From: Blasia pusilla
Lineage: Eukaryota
NCBI GenBank assembly: GCA_050084515.1
Contig: CM114271.1
Coordinates: 434,001 to 498,000 of the forward strand
DNA: 64,000 nucleotides
Direction of reading: 5' to 3'
The notes under the pieces are model-generated. The model ran no database searches, had not been told where the DNA came from, and saw only the letters and a program-made list of their open reading frames with translations. The translations under genes and the position numbers were made by a program. Positions 14,012-26,615 of this stretch are shown here, one piece after another; position 1 is the stretch's first letter, and the number at the start of each line of letters is the position of its first letter.

Positions 14012-14713
14012 GAGGGAGAAGATTCGCATATCTGCTTCGAAATCTAGTGAATAACAACAGTAGCGTAGCTAAAGTAGGAGAAGACTACAACCCAGATAGT
14101 TACATCAGGCTAGATCGTATCAGTTGTCAGCTGAAGCTTACGAAGTCGAGATTTCAAGCGTGACTCTTGGGGTGAAGATTCCTTGTGGAGTTTCGCTGTG
14201 CTGGATGTCATCAACTTCCGCTTACATGTGTTATAGAGCCACATCTTTACGTAAATGAGAGCTCAAAACAATTCAACTGTCGTGAGTATGGCAGAAGAGC
14301 CACACTACAGCCCCACATTAAATTGTGACCAATGTACTTTTAGTCTCCACATTCACAACTACCACCTCGACAACCAGGTACTCCTGAGTTACCTGCGAAC
14401 GAGGCTATGCACATGTACAGATTTGAACTTCTTTGTACTGCATCAATCTCAGACATCGTTTGCTTGCGTATGTGTGTTCAAGAAGCAGCCACTGTCGGAC
14501 ATATCCAAAACGCCTCGAATGCTTGAAGCACACTTATTGATCCTTTGACTGACGCCTGAACATTGATATGCGAAGACAGGAACGGGGACAAGTGCGATGA
14601 GGTTCAGTCACTTTGAACCGCAGCCTTACCCAATTTTCTATAGAGCATCTCTGTTGGTTCTTACACGGAAGAACACCACCGCACATTCGACTTGTCATCA
14701 GAGCTTCCGTGTA

Positions 14714-14817
14714 AAAGTTACGAATCTAGTAAAGTTCCCTCAGTGTTGTTATGGACTTGGTTATGCACCAACGAACTCGGCTTAAAGTTACGAATCTGGT
14801 AAAGTTCCCTCAGTGTT
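14714..14817. repeat. 34-bp direct repeat pair flanking a 36-bp insert copied from 15672-15705
   Basis: aaagttacgaatct(a/g)gtaaagttccctcagtgtt occurs at 14714 and 14784. 14747-14780 matches 15672-15705 at 33/34. Confidence 0.85.
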
Positions 14818-15258
14818 TAGGGTCTTAGTGTGCTTACATTATGAACATTCGCCCCATTTTTTGTGATACTTGTAAAGGAGAGTAAACGGGTATTTTTTGA
14901 AAATGATATGACTCTGTAAATATTAAATAGGATTCACTGCGAGCGTTGTAAAGTAATGTGTTAAGATCATTCCTTTCCTACGAAGATGAAACGTGATGAT
15001 TCCGATGCCATTGAGAAGTTTGTGTAGAATCTGTGCTATTGAAAGGCATTCCGTCATTTCCCTCAATCTTACTATTGATTTACTTTCGTTACTTGTCTTT
15101 TTTTTTTCGTGAAGATCACATGACTTTTCTCATGCATTATAATCAAATGCTTGTGTACAGGTAAGTATGGACATCGACAATCCTGTTGACTTGACATCAA
15201 CCCTTCCTCCATCACATGATCAAGTGGAGGAGAATGCATTTGGAAGTAGAAGTGCATT

Positions 15259-15598
15259 GACAATCAGAATTCTAGCCATGAAGATGATGAAACTCCAAGC
15301 AGACTTGCCGACGGGTACATATCAGCAAAAGATCTCCATTGGGATCGATATAATGCAACATATACCCCCTGGTATAGGTTGGAGGACTTTATTATCGGGA
15401 AGGGTAATGGAGACAATGTAAACACCACTGAGGTTTACATTGTCTCCATTACCCTCCCCGATAATGAAATCTTCCAACCTATGCCAGGAGGTATATGTTA
15501 CATTATATCGATCCCAATGGAGATCTTTTGTTGATATGTACCCCGTCGGCAAGTTTGCTTGGAGTTCCATCATCTTCATGGCTAGAATTCTGCTTGTC
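15259..15598. repeat. Long inverted repeat (~165-bp arms, 9-nt loop); candidate hairpin-RNA locus
   Basis: 15259-15423 is the reverse complement of 15433-15598, with about 11 substitutions and 1 indel by manual alignment. The loop is accactgag. Confidence 0.92.
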
Positions 15599-16050
15599 TT
15601 TTGGAAGGGCACATCCAAGTGCAGAGGAGAAAGATTAGGACAAGATGAAGGCGAGGAATCATCATACATCATGTTATGGACTTGGGTATGCACCAACGAA
15701 CTCGGTTTACATATTGGATGATCACTTATTAGGCTAATCCATCCGATTTATCTATCGAGTTACGACTAAAATCAGACAAGAAAATGTATCTCATGCGATA
15801 GCATAAAAGAAAATAATTTGTACCTTTTGTTTGTAAATCAAAATAATCTTGATTTACAAACACATCTCCTTCATTACTAAATCTAGAGCATTACTTGCTT
15901 TCAAACATTGCTTACAAATGACAAATAGGTATCAAGAAATAAAAATGTATCTCATGCTTTCAATCATTGCTTACAAATGATAAATAGGCATCAAGAAAAG
16001 AAAATGTGTCTTATGCTACAGCATAAAAGAAAAGGAAAAGAATTTTTACA

Positions 16051-16201
16051 TCTATATTATTGTTGGAGAGTGTGTTCTTGATTCACAAATATTTTTTTGG
16101 TTGATATGTGACAATCGAGCAATAAGAAAATGTTTGTTTTTTACGGGCAGTCAAAAAATAAATTTTTTTCATTCGTGTGCATGGCACGGGTTGCCCACTA
16201 G
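16051..16201 (+). mobile_element. Small non-autonomous Helitron-like element
   Basis: 5' end A|TCTATAT. The 3' end has a GC-rich imperfect hairpin (gtgc-atg-gcac within cgtgtgcatggcacggg) followed by CTAG|T, the canonical Helitron terminal pattern at an AT target. Confidence 0.5.
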
Positions 16202-17694
16202 TATTTTTTTTAAACTAGTGCACAGCCTTAGTAGGGGAAATTTGAGAATTAGTTATTATATCCGTGTGAAGATAGCGTGAATAGGTTAGATAGTGAGAAT
16301 AAAAGCAATTGTATGTAAAGGTTGTAATGAAAACCGGTTGCAAAACCTTCCTACCGCTTTCAGGAACAACTTTGGTTTGGAGAAGTAACTCCGCACATGG
16401 CCACTTAGTCTTAGGACCTTGATCAATTTATTATACTTGAAAGCTTCATATGATACGGAATAACAAACTACTTGACCTCAAGTTTGTTTGCAACCTCACC
16501 TACATGGGGCCTTGAACAATTTCTTTAACTGCCTTTACCACGAGCCCCCTAGGAATTTGGAGTTCTATGGTTGGTGCATTTGAGGTTGGGGGTGGAAGCG
16601 TGGGCACATACATTTTCCAAACTAGTTTTCATAAAAAAATTCCAAAATGTTTACCAGTTCCTTCTATTTTTCAACATCTTAAGATTCAATTGTGCATAAG
16701 GTTTTTGAAGATGAAAAAAAAACATTTTAATTTCAACTAGGAAGGTAATCATGGGAAACAAAATTAAATCTAATGTAATGACAAATGGAAAGAAATAATC
16801 ATAATCTGTATTATTATCATACCCTATGAAATTTTTTTTAAATTTTTGTGCCACATCATTAATCCTTTCACGGGCTTTTCAAACCCTTTGGCACCTTACT
16901 CATCATAAGACTCACTTTTCTCTCCATAAATTTTTTACCAAAGAAAACAATTTGAGGAGTGGAATGGAACTACTATTATGACTTTAATTAGTAAAGGGTA
17001 ACTTTCATCCATGTGACAGCCGGTAATAATTGGCCTTAAAACCACCGGATTCCTAAAGTGCATTGAAATCACACACTTCTAAAGTCCTTTGGGAGTGAGA
17101 GCCAATGATTTTCATGCTTTTCATGCTGTTAAACCAAAGGATTCTCCAAGTGCATTCAAATCACACGAAGACATTCAAATGGAGAGCTCGTGAACTGCTG
17201 AAGAGTGGGATTTGCGGTGGAGATAAAAAGTGACAGAAACTTTGAAGGATTTTCAAACAGTGGACAATAATCAGATGACCAATCTCCATTTCTACATCTG
17301 TGGCGTGCTCAAACTTCAAATCCTGGGTATTAATCAATTCTTATCACCACTTTGCATTTGTGAGAGTGGGAGGCTTCGTTGCTGGAGATCAAGAGTCATG
17401 TCTCATTATTAATCTGCGTTTCTAATTGTGGTAGACATCATCGCGAGAGATCCGTTTCCAATGGCCAAGTCTCCATAACTAGGAACGTGGAATTGGCTTT
17501 CTATGGATGAGTGGGGAGGGGAGACCGTACGAAAACTAACTATGCTCTTCGCTCAAGTGCGCACAAGTGTTGAATCCCAGGTGGTGCAGAGGTCGGTTGT
17601 GTGGATGCGGGTTACCTCGAAGATATGAGTGGCAATCGAGTCAAGAGCTGTGCGTAGGACGGACCAGGAGAATCGGCCTCGCTTCGCATCGAAA

Positions 17695-20600
17695 ATGGGC
17701 AGCACGTACATTTCTGCACCGCCTGTCGGCCCGAATTTTCGAGGTGTCTCCATATCTGCTGCGGACGTCCGCCGAGAATTTCTAGGTGCCTCCGTTTCTG
17801 GTCTGGATGTCTGCCGAGATTTTCGAGGCGCTTCCACTTCTGCTCCGGATGTCGGCCGAGATTTTGGAGGTGCCTGTTATGATCTTGAAGGTGGAGGCAG
17901 TCGTTCCCGATTTTTTTCAAATCTGGCCGCACAGAATCCGAACATTCATGGGGCAGGACGACAGAGAAGGTTTGCCCTTGGGTGCAGCAATGGCTGTAGA
18001 CCCCGAAAAGCAGTGGGAGTAGAGAATCCATGGTCTGCTCCATCGAGCTGGATGAGGCCAGGAACCCTAACGTTGAAGAAATTCAGGTTTGATAGTAATG
18101 GTGGTGGTAATGAGGCGTTTGTAGAGTCAGGAACCGCAGCATATGATGCACCCTTCTCCGGTGAGGAGAAGGCCGCGCAACAGAATGTGGACGGGAGCAT
18201 TCTGACTGGGGATGGAAGTGAATTGCAAAGCACTTTGAGGTTGGTAGAGTGTGCCATGCTCGCAGCAACAGCTGGATTGGCCTTCTTTCTCAGCAATCTG
18301 TTTCGATTGGAGGTAAGGCTTTCTTCCTTGGCTTTCTTCCTACATATGTTCAAAGTCCCTGGGTCTACACTGGTGTGTCTGTGGTCTGGAATCATTACCT
18401 TCTGCTATTCTTTCCCCCCATCTAGCTCTGGTGCGTTAAACTTCCTTTTCAAACTCTAGCTTACAGGCTGGTTAAACATCTGCAACCTCAGCAGACTGGT
18501 GGGGGACACTGACAATCCGAGCTAGAGAGGCTGCCGTTGATTAGCATCAGATTTCTAGCTCAGTATCGAGCTTGTGGATTTTGCAGGCGTATCTGGGCTG
18601 CTTCTTCCCCCTGCCTGTGGTGATATCTTCCATGAGATGGGGAGCTGCGGCTGGCAGGAAGACTATGGTTGGAGCCTTATCCGTTATCGGAATTTTCCTG
18701 CACTTCTTGTTTCTTCATGAACTCCCTATGCTCAATCCGGCACAAACGCAATTTTCCCAGGTTCATTTTGACTATGCGCATCTGATTACCTGAAATTGCT
18801 TCATTTTCCCAACGTATTATGTGCAGGTAGCAACTGCAATGCTCCTACTGATGCTCTCTGGACCCCTGAAAGCTGCATCATACTTGGTATGTGTTCTCTT
18901 GCCATTTTTTGAACCTGCACCCTCAAAGTTTGTTGTCGTATCATATGGTTCGCTACGACAGCTTGGTGTGAAGGCCGAGTTTACGTAATGTTGCTTTCCT
19001 TAAGATTTGAACATTCACGCTGAAACCCATCGTAAGTTGCTGCTAAATGAAGGTGCTACTAGATCTTCAAGGAGTTAGGTCACCGCCAACCAGATTACTC
19101 TGGGATATAATAAGCTTTTCCACAACTTTTCGCACTGACATCTAAGAATCATTTAGGTGTCAAGGCTGCTTCCCAGAAACACTTTCTGTGGTTTTACTTG
19201 GAGCACCAGGAGACCAACAATCTCCAAGAGTCTGCAAACTTGACCCCCATATTGACAGGCTGCATCACTTTTATCCTTCACATTTAAGTCTTCCTGATAG
19301 ATTTTGAACCCATGACCACATATTTGAACTACCAGCTCCTACCTATTACTTTCATATCTACGATTGTAAATAAACTGTGGAGAAATAGGACACTGCATAT
19401 CTGCTGAATAACCTCTGCCTTCTAACTGTCTTACAGCCGATTTCATTGCTAGCTAGCTGAAGTTTGCGAAGTTGTGGAAGCTCCTCTGAGTCTGCTAGTT
19501 CATTCCATATATTTTAGCATAGCATGGTTTGGTGCTTTCAAGTTCTTCTCTGTAGACTCACATTTATTGCCACCAACACAGTGCCAGTAACTAGTAGAAG
19601 AAAGATGGAAGATAAGACAAGCAGTTAGAGTAATGTATCTTTAGGGTATTTGAGAAATGATAGATATCATAAACAAGATGTCCCTGAAGATACATGAATT
19701 TTGAGTTCAACATGTCAAAATGTTGTGTCAAACCGGTAATGGCTACATCAATCTTTGATATTCTCGTGCTTGCACTCTGATTCAAACCATGTTCCTGCTT
19801 TTCAGCTAATGCACGGCTTCGTTGGATTGGCCATTGGTTCTCTTTGGAGGTAACTCTTTACAACTTGGAATGTTCCTCTGTGTAGAATAACTGTGCCTTT
19901 AAGGCTAAGGGGATGTGAAGTCATGGTCTTTCTCAAAGTAAATTTCTCTACCAATTGATTTCAGTGATTCAACTTTTACCTCAATACCATCACTGATACT
20001 TGTTGGACTTCTTCATCTTTCCTTACAGGTGGCGTTCAAATTGGATCTTGTCCATCGCAGTATGCACATTGGTACAAACTGACTCCCTTGTACTATAGTG
20101 GACATATAGCCTTGGCAGCTTGGTTGAAAGACTTGTCCATGATGTCTTGCCCTCAATTTGTAAGCAGTAGTAGGATGGGAGTGGAAACTGAATAGAAAGA
20201 TAATGCTGTAGGAATTATAAAAATTATTGGCACTTGCTTCAACTCTTAAATGGTGGTTGTAATGTACTATAATATGGTTCCAAATTAACGCTTTAATTGA
20301 GTGTATTTTCTCAGTTATGTTGGCAAGGGCTGCTGTCAAACTCTTTTCCATTATGCTGACAGGACCTGCAATTGATGATTTGGACTCAGACCCTTTTCTC
20401 CAGACTTGTTCCATCCTCATAGGTTCTGCTCTTTGTTTACCTGGTTTTAAACAGCTTGCCTGCTTGTTGAAGATGGAATGACTTCCTGACAGGTTCGGTG
20501 CTTTGGAGCAATGGGTTTCGTTTTACTCTCCTCCTGGCTTCTCAGAGAAAATCTTCTTGCACTGGTACTTCTGAACTTGTTAATCCCATGCTCAATCACA

Positions 20601-21052
20601 TCGTATGATCTCGATCTTTACAATAGTTCAACCCTAAGCTGTATCTCATATGTTGCAGGATGAAAGCTCACTTATCTGTTTGTTGTGGTTGTGACTAGAT
20701 TACTGTAAATGCGCATGCTTCCTTCTCGTACATGCTGGCTGCCCTGGGTATCAACATTGTTCCAACTATGTTGGCCATCTATTTTGTTTTCGCTGGTTTG
20801 GTATGTCCTGCTCTTTCCCCTATCAGTTGCCAGCTTTTTTCCCAACCGGTACTGTAGGCAGTTGATATTTTTCTCCATTCTAGTGCTTGTGAACTGAAGT
20901 GAATACTTACGTCATTCTTCTTTGCCTTGCAGCTGTTTGTCAACTGTGGATCTTTTGTCTTCCTGCTTCATGTCCTCTATGCTATCTTTCTGAGGCGGCT
21001 GGGTATTCCAATGTCCATTGCTGTACCAGGATGGATAGAGCGAGCCATGTAG
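17695..21052 (+). CDS. DUF2232-family membrane protein with long N-terminal extension (probably plastid-targeted); exons 17695-18312, 18587-18667, 18827-18886, 19806-19849, 20029-20071, 20493-20564, 20699-20800, 20933-21052
   Basis: GT-AG introns join in frame: TLRLVECAMLAATAGLAFFLSN / YLGCFFPLPVVISSMRWGAAAGRKTM / VATAMLLLMLSGPLKAASYL / LMHGFVGLAIGSLWR / ...RENLLAL / ITVNAHAS... / LLHVLYAIFLRRLGIP...PGWIERAM*. The start ATG is inferred as the first in-frame ATG after a stop. Confidence 0.85.
17713..17880 (+). repeat. Coding tandem repeat, 4 x 42 bp (14 aa), in the DUF2232 N-terminus
   Basis: SAPPVGPNFRGVSI / SAADVRREFLGASV / SGLDVCRDFRGAST / SAPDVGRDFGGACY. Confidence 0.85.
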
Positions 21053-24000
21053 TATAATTCTGTGTCCAACAAGGAGGAAGCAGAAGAAATTCCAGCTTTG
21101 ATTACAGCCAGGTTTGTTGCTGTCTGGTTTTTTTTCAACCATAAATTGAGGTTTGCATCTGTCTGTCAAAGCTCGACTGGTGACTAAGGAACCTAACAGG
21201 TAGGAACCCAGTTTGAAGGGCATGAATCCCTCCATAGTGGAGTGAGAATCAATCTCTTGAAAGGGTCTACAGTCTACCTGTGAGGCACAGGTGGCACTTT
21301 GAAATTTCCTTTCCCAGAGTCCTGTCAATGAGAGTATAGTGTGTCCACGGTGGTGGATGTTGACCCTCATAAAAACCCAAATTTTCCTGCAGATTGGTCT
21401 AACTTCAATCCTCACCTGGAATGTCAAACTTGTCTCAGGGAAGGCATGAGCTATTTTGCCAAAACAAGGAGGTCAATTGCTATCAAAGCGTGGACATGAG
21501 ACCATCACTGTTGATGAGTCGATGCGTTTTTTATTGAGACAACCTTTTGATGTATGTACTCGAGCTGTCAAATTAGACAAATATTTCCTATTGCAAGCAA
21601 TTCCCCCAGAAGGTGATGCCAAGCTCGTGCATACATTATAAAGTTGCTGAATGCCCAGAAGCCCCATTGTCTAAGTGTTTCTTGAATCAGAACGAGTTAG
21701 CCTCACAACTGCTTGTCTATGAGCCTGCACATCCGTGATTAAGACCAGCATCTTTGATTCCATAATGGACGAGTGTCTGTGAAACATCAGAAGCATGCAT
21801 GAGTCAATACACCAGTATGTTTCCATCCAAATAAACCCTCTGTCTCACATTCCATTTGCTTCATGCATGACAAATCGTTATCATTGTATCAACTTGTTTA
21901 TGCCAACTCATGCATCCGAGGAGAAGTCTGAACTTGAAGTTAAAGCTATCAGTTAGACAGCTGATACTATCAAGTAGTGATTAATTAACCTCGACTCTAG
22001 CAGCAAGAAGGCAATCCATACTTTTTCGCCCTAATTTCAAGTTAAACAAATATGAAAAGGCTAATATGATTAAGTATTGGTGATGAGTGTGGAGTTCTAC
22101 ATTTTCAGGGATCTTCTCTTGGCATACCTTCCTCAAATTGGTGAGATGATTGTGTCATTCAGAATAGGATTCCCATGACTTCTAAAGTGGAAATCTCTTC
22201 TCAAGCTAATTTCTATTTATTAAATGTGTTTGTTAGCAATGAGGCGAATTTCCTCTACATGTGCCTTGATGACCAAAAAAAGTAAAGGTATATGAAGATA
22301 ATTCGCCTGTTGAGATGGCTATAATAATGAAGTATGAAGGATGCACAAGGGTGAGGACCTGATATGAATCTAGAGTGACGAAGAGGAAACCATGGCACAA
22401 ATGGGAATCCAGCATAAATGTTGAAGAGTAGAAGGTTGAATTTTGAGGGAGTGGGGATGTGCATTAAGGAATTGGGAACTTGTGTGCATCATATTAACAT
22501 GTGGTTTGGTGGTCCTATATGGGGAGTTGTTGGGGGGTTATCATGGGTGTACAAAACTGGGCATGGATTCTAAGAGGTGGGCCATGGGACGGAAGCAAGT
22601 CCATGGATATGAACATGTCCGTGGATACGGGGTTTTGTCACATGCAACCTTGGGATTAATGTAGAGACGAGAAAGAGTTCAGGGCTTACAAGTCTTAACC
22701 CATCCACCTTTATTTACTTGTAATCTCATAATTACGAGCCACCATCCAAGCGCCATATGCAAGATTTTTTGTCATTCGAACGATTCTTGTTTGGCCTTCG
22801 TTGACGATTGATTATTTCATTGTTGCCTTTTGTCCTTTTGTGACCATATGCTATCGCCCAACAATTTTTTGCTAACCTCCTCACAACAAACCATATAATG
22901 GGCATGATGTTGTATGTTTATAATTTGATTTGGTTTGTTTATGGTGAGTGGAATTGATTTTATTGATCAAGTACCCTTTATTCGACAGGTTTTTCTTATT
23001 TCTCATTTTCTTTCTCTATCTTTCAAGTTTTCACTTGAATCTTTGCTCAACTGACTCCACCCTTACATGCGTCGTAACTTAAGGTCTCTTAAAGTTGCAA
23101 CAAAATGACCTTGAAACTAGACTTGAAGTTTGTATGGGCATTTTTCTTATGGCTATATTTACATTCTTACGGGATCAAACTCAAGGTTGTATGCCTTCGT
23201 TGAGGGATCTAGTGGCTCGATGGCGGACATAAGATGTTGAGCGACCATTTCTCAACCTTGATCTTAACAGGAGATGGTGGTGGTAGGGGCATGTATTGAA
23301 GGACCAATTGTGGGATCTCGTGGACAAATATCCATCCATGTCATCCTCAAAAGATGTACTCATATCACCTCATGTGCCAAAAAAATATCTTCCTAATACA
23401 TCCATTGATGATTGCGTGCATATTTTTTATTATGTGTGCATGCTCTTGTATGTACGTATTTATTGAATTGAAAGAAAAAAGAGAAAAATGATGATCGAGT
23501 GGGACATGAATGCTTGCTTCTAGGGTTTGAACTACACCCTTTGAGATTTCTTTTCAATTACATTATGTCTCCTCAAACTCGGAAATAAGGTGCAAACCTT
23601 GTTATTGCATATCCACAAAATCACAACCACTAAAGAGCATCCAAATATGTAGTCGCAAATTGAAAAAATGGAGTTTATTAATAAAAAAATTTGAATTTTA
23701 TGAATGTCAAGAATCGCAGATCGTTGTGACTTTTTGCATTCACATTGGAACAAACTATATGTGTTGCACAATACTCGTAATAGCATCCTAATAGAATCAT
23801 AATGGACTTAGAGTGGACTCACAAACTCGGACATTCATCATTTGACTATCCCTACGCCTCTCCATTAATGACTCATTTTTTCTTTTCACCTCAAGATTAT
23901 TCCAATAGCGCTTTTAGACTTCCTCCTCTTGGATGTAGTGAAATCCTTGCCAATATTAATCTCATATTCTCTTGCTATTTCTTCCAATTTTAGCATGGGT

Positions 24001-26099
24001 ATAGAGGCATGGTTGCACAAAAATGGACAAGTCTGTTCCTAGAACGGCCACGGATGGACAAGGTTGGACATGTCCACGGACATGGATTGCAAAATGTGGG
24101 ATCCGCACTTATAGTTCATGGTGGAAGACAAGGAAAGAGTAGTTAATTAAGGGAGAAGGGAGTGGAGGTAGGACAAGGAAGTAACAAGAAAGTGCGGATC
24201 CCGATGGCAAGTGGGGGGATGAGAAAGAAGGAGGAGATGGGGCCCACATGGATATATCTTTCTATAGGACGGACATAAGTCCATGGACATGACTCAAGAC
24301 ACAAAATTTTTCCATATATAACCTTATGTAAAGGACATAAAGGGGAGTGGGAGTATTCTAGAAATTATTTGGGAAGACCACCCTATCGAGAGTTCTCGAC
24401 TCCCATCGTGGACATTCATTTTGGGATGGACATTCATTTCGAGTAGAATACTAGTTTCTCATGTTAGGGTAGCATATTGAGCACTACATTTCCACATTAA
24501 TGGATCATTCTATGTCACGGATTGTGCCATAATATCATGCGCTCTACATGATAGCGCTAGGAGCAACATGTATAGGGAGCACGTGTGAAAAAGGAAATGC
24601 TACGCCTCTCCCAAGCATAGGAAAGTAGTCTACAACTAGCTCCAATTCCATCATCATGTAGAGTAGTAATAGATGCAAAGGTAGTTACTCTAAGAGTAGG
24701 GCCAACTATGATTAGTAAGGTAGCATCAAGTCCACTTGTGGAACGAGGGCACACTACATCCTATATGAGTAGTATATGAAGTCAATTTAGATATCCAATG
24801 ATGTCAGACGTAAAAAAGTTTCTTCATCTAATGGTGTCCCTCCCTATAGGTACTCCTCAATAACTTTTTGGGTTCTTTGGGGGAATCCCATCTTCCCTAT
24901 TATCACCCTTGGGCCCTTGATTTTGGCCCTCAACCCAAATATGGTAGGCGACCTGGAGTCAAGATAGCTTGGTGAAGGCTTCTTGCAAATTATACAACAT
25001 TTGGCTTCCTAAATGAATCTTGGGGCTCTAAGTCTCTAACCCCCCACTTCATGTGTCTCATGGCTAGCGCCCATCTTGACTCCATGTTTGACATCGTATG
25101 GTTGTCTTGCCGCACTTTGCATTTCATGACTAGTCTCATGGCGTCTCACCTATCTACACTACTCTCGTGTTCTTGCCCTTAACTTGGTGCTTAGCTCCAA
25201 GGTCTCAAACCTTGCTTGCCTTGGCTTTATCCCTACAAGTAGTACACCCCTCTCACCTAAGGCTAGTCACAAGACACATGCACGTCGCGGTTAGCGTTAG
25301 TCTCGCGATTGGTTGAGTTGCCCTTCCTAGTTTCCAGACTAGCTAGTCGAGGTTGTAACTTTGGTGGATCACTCCAATATCTTTCCAATTTGGACCCACA
25401 ATCGTCACTCACTGTCCAGGTCCCCATTAGTGTAGTTTTCATAGACTTGGCTATTCGCCACATTCCCTCACTTAGCTGAGTTGACATCCTCGTTGACTTA
25501 ATTCTAGGCACCCCTAAAGACACCATAGGTAATCCTTGGGTTGAATTCACCAACACCTTGGGTTATGGCCTTATCCTTTACTAGACACACAAGCTTACGC
25601 CAATCTAATCTAATCTGGCGTGTCAAGTCATACTCATTACATGAAACTTAGATCCAAAATCATTCAAGTGTCCTTTTCTAGTTTTTCCTTCCCAAAGTAT
25701 TTAGGCCTCCACTACAACCTTTTGTTCTCCAAAGTGTCCAATCACCACCTATGACCTCGAGTTCATGCTCACCAAGGATTTGCTCTAAAACTACATATCA
25801 TGCATCTACTCCCTTGAATGTATGTGTGTCAGGGAAGGTTATGCTTGCAAGGCCGCACTCTTGTTCAGGATTTGCACCCAAACACTCCCATAAGCCATGG
25901 TTTGGAGCAACTAGCCTTGGATCTATATCTCGTGAATATAGGTCCTATGTCACCCTTTAAGCTCAATTGATGTAGATGGGGTTACTTACCAACCTAATCA
26001 CTCACTCCCCAATACTAGCAAGTCATTTAAGACTAATGACAAACTAGCTTCCTTTATAATCTAGGGATATGAAATTGCGTTTACACGATTGATAGTCCT

Positions 26100-26615
26100 T
26101 GTCACGTCTTTTAGGACAGATCGGTGAGATCTAATAGAGCGCCTTCATGAGAAGTAGAGGACACGCTCAGTAGGTTGCGGATGATCTGCTGAGGCCCCGG
26201 GAAACCTGAGAGAGCCGATTTCCCCTTCGTTTCGGCTCATTTGGAGCCATATTGAGGAACTTACTATTTTAGGTAAGTACTATTTTGAGTATATGATCGA
26301 CTTTCTATTTTTGGTAAGTGGCCCTTGACCTCCTACATCAGGTCAAGAGCCAAGGAGGTGACTTGGGAGAATAGGTTACCATGGAGAGAGCTTGGGAGAG
26401 GGGAGGGGTATACCTCAAGGAGAGAGAGAGTTTGAGAGCTCATTCTCTCTTTGTTGAACCTCTTGGCATAAGGCGGCGGAGCTATGGTACCTTGCCTTGT
26501 GAGTATAACCCAAGCCTCTCATTAGGAGAGTGGGTTTGGTTTGACATGAGAGAGAGTGCACACCTTTGAGAGATATGGTGTGAGATGGTGGAGAGAGAGA
26601 TTGGATCCTACTTTA
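26100..26615 (+). repeat. Terminal repeat unit 'a' (5' copy, ~516 bp) of copy A
   Basis: Matches the reverse complement of 55594-56110 along its length. Its last 73 bp are identical to 31380-31452. Confidence 0.9.

Noticed and set aside
14714-14817. CRISPR-like repeat-spacer-repeat (34/36/34 bp)
   Set aside because: Only two repeats, eukaryotic context, no cas genes, and the spacer is a local copy; better explained as a repair scar.
24942-24962. tggtaggcgacctggagtcaa as a tRNA primer-binding site
   Set aside because: Spacing is off for a tRNA 3' end, there is no adjacent LTR end, and I cannot match it to a specific tRNA.
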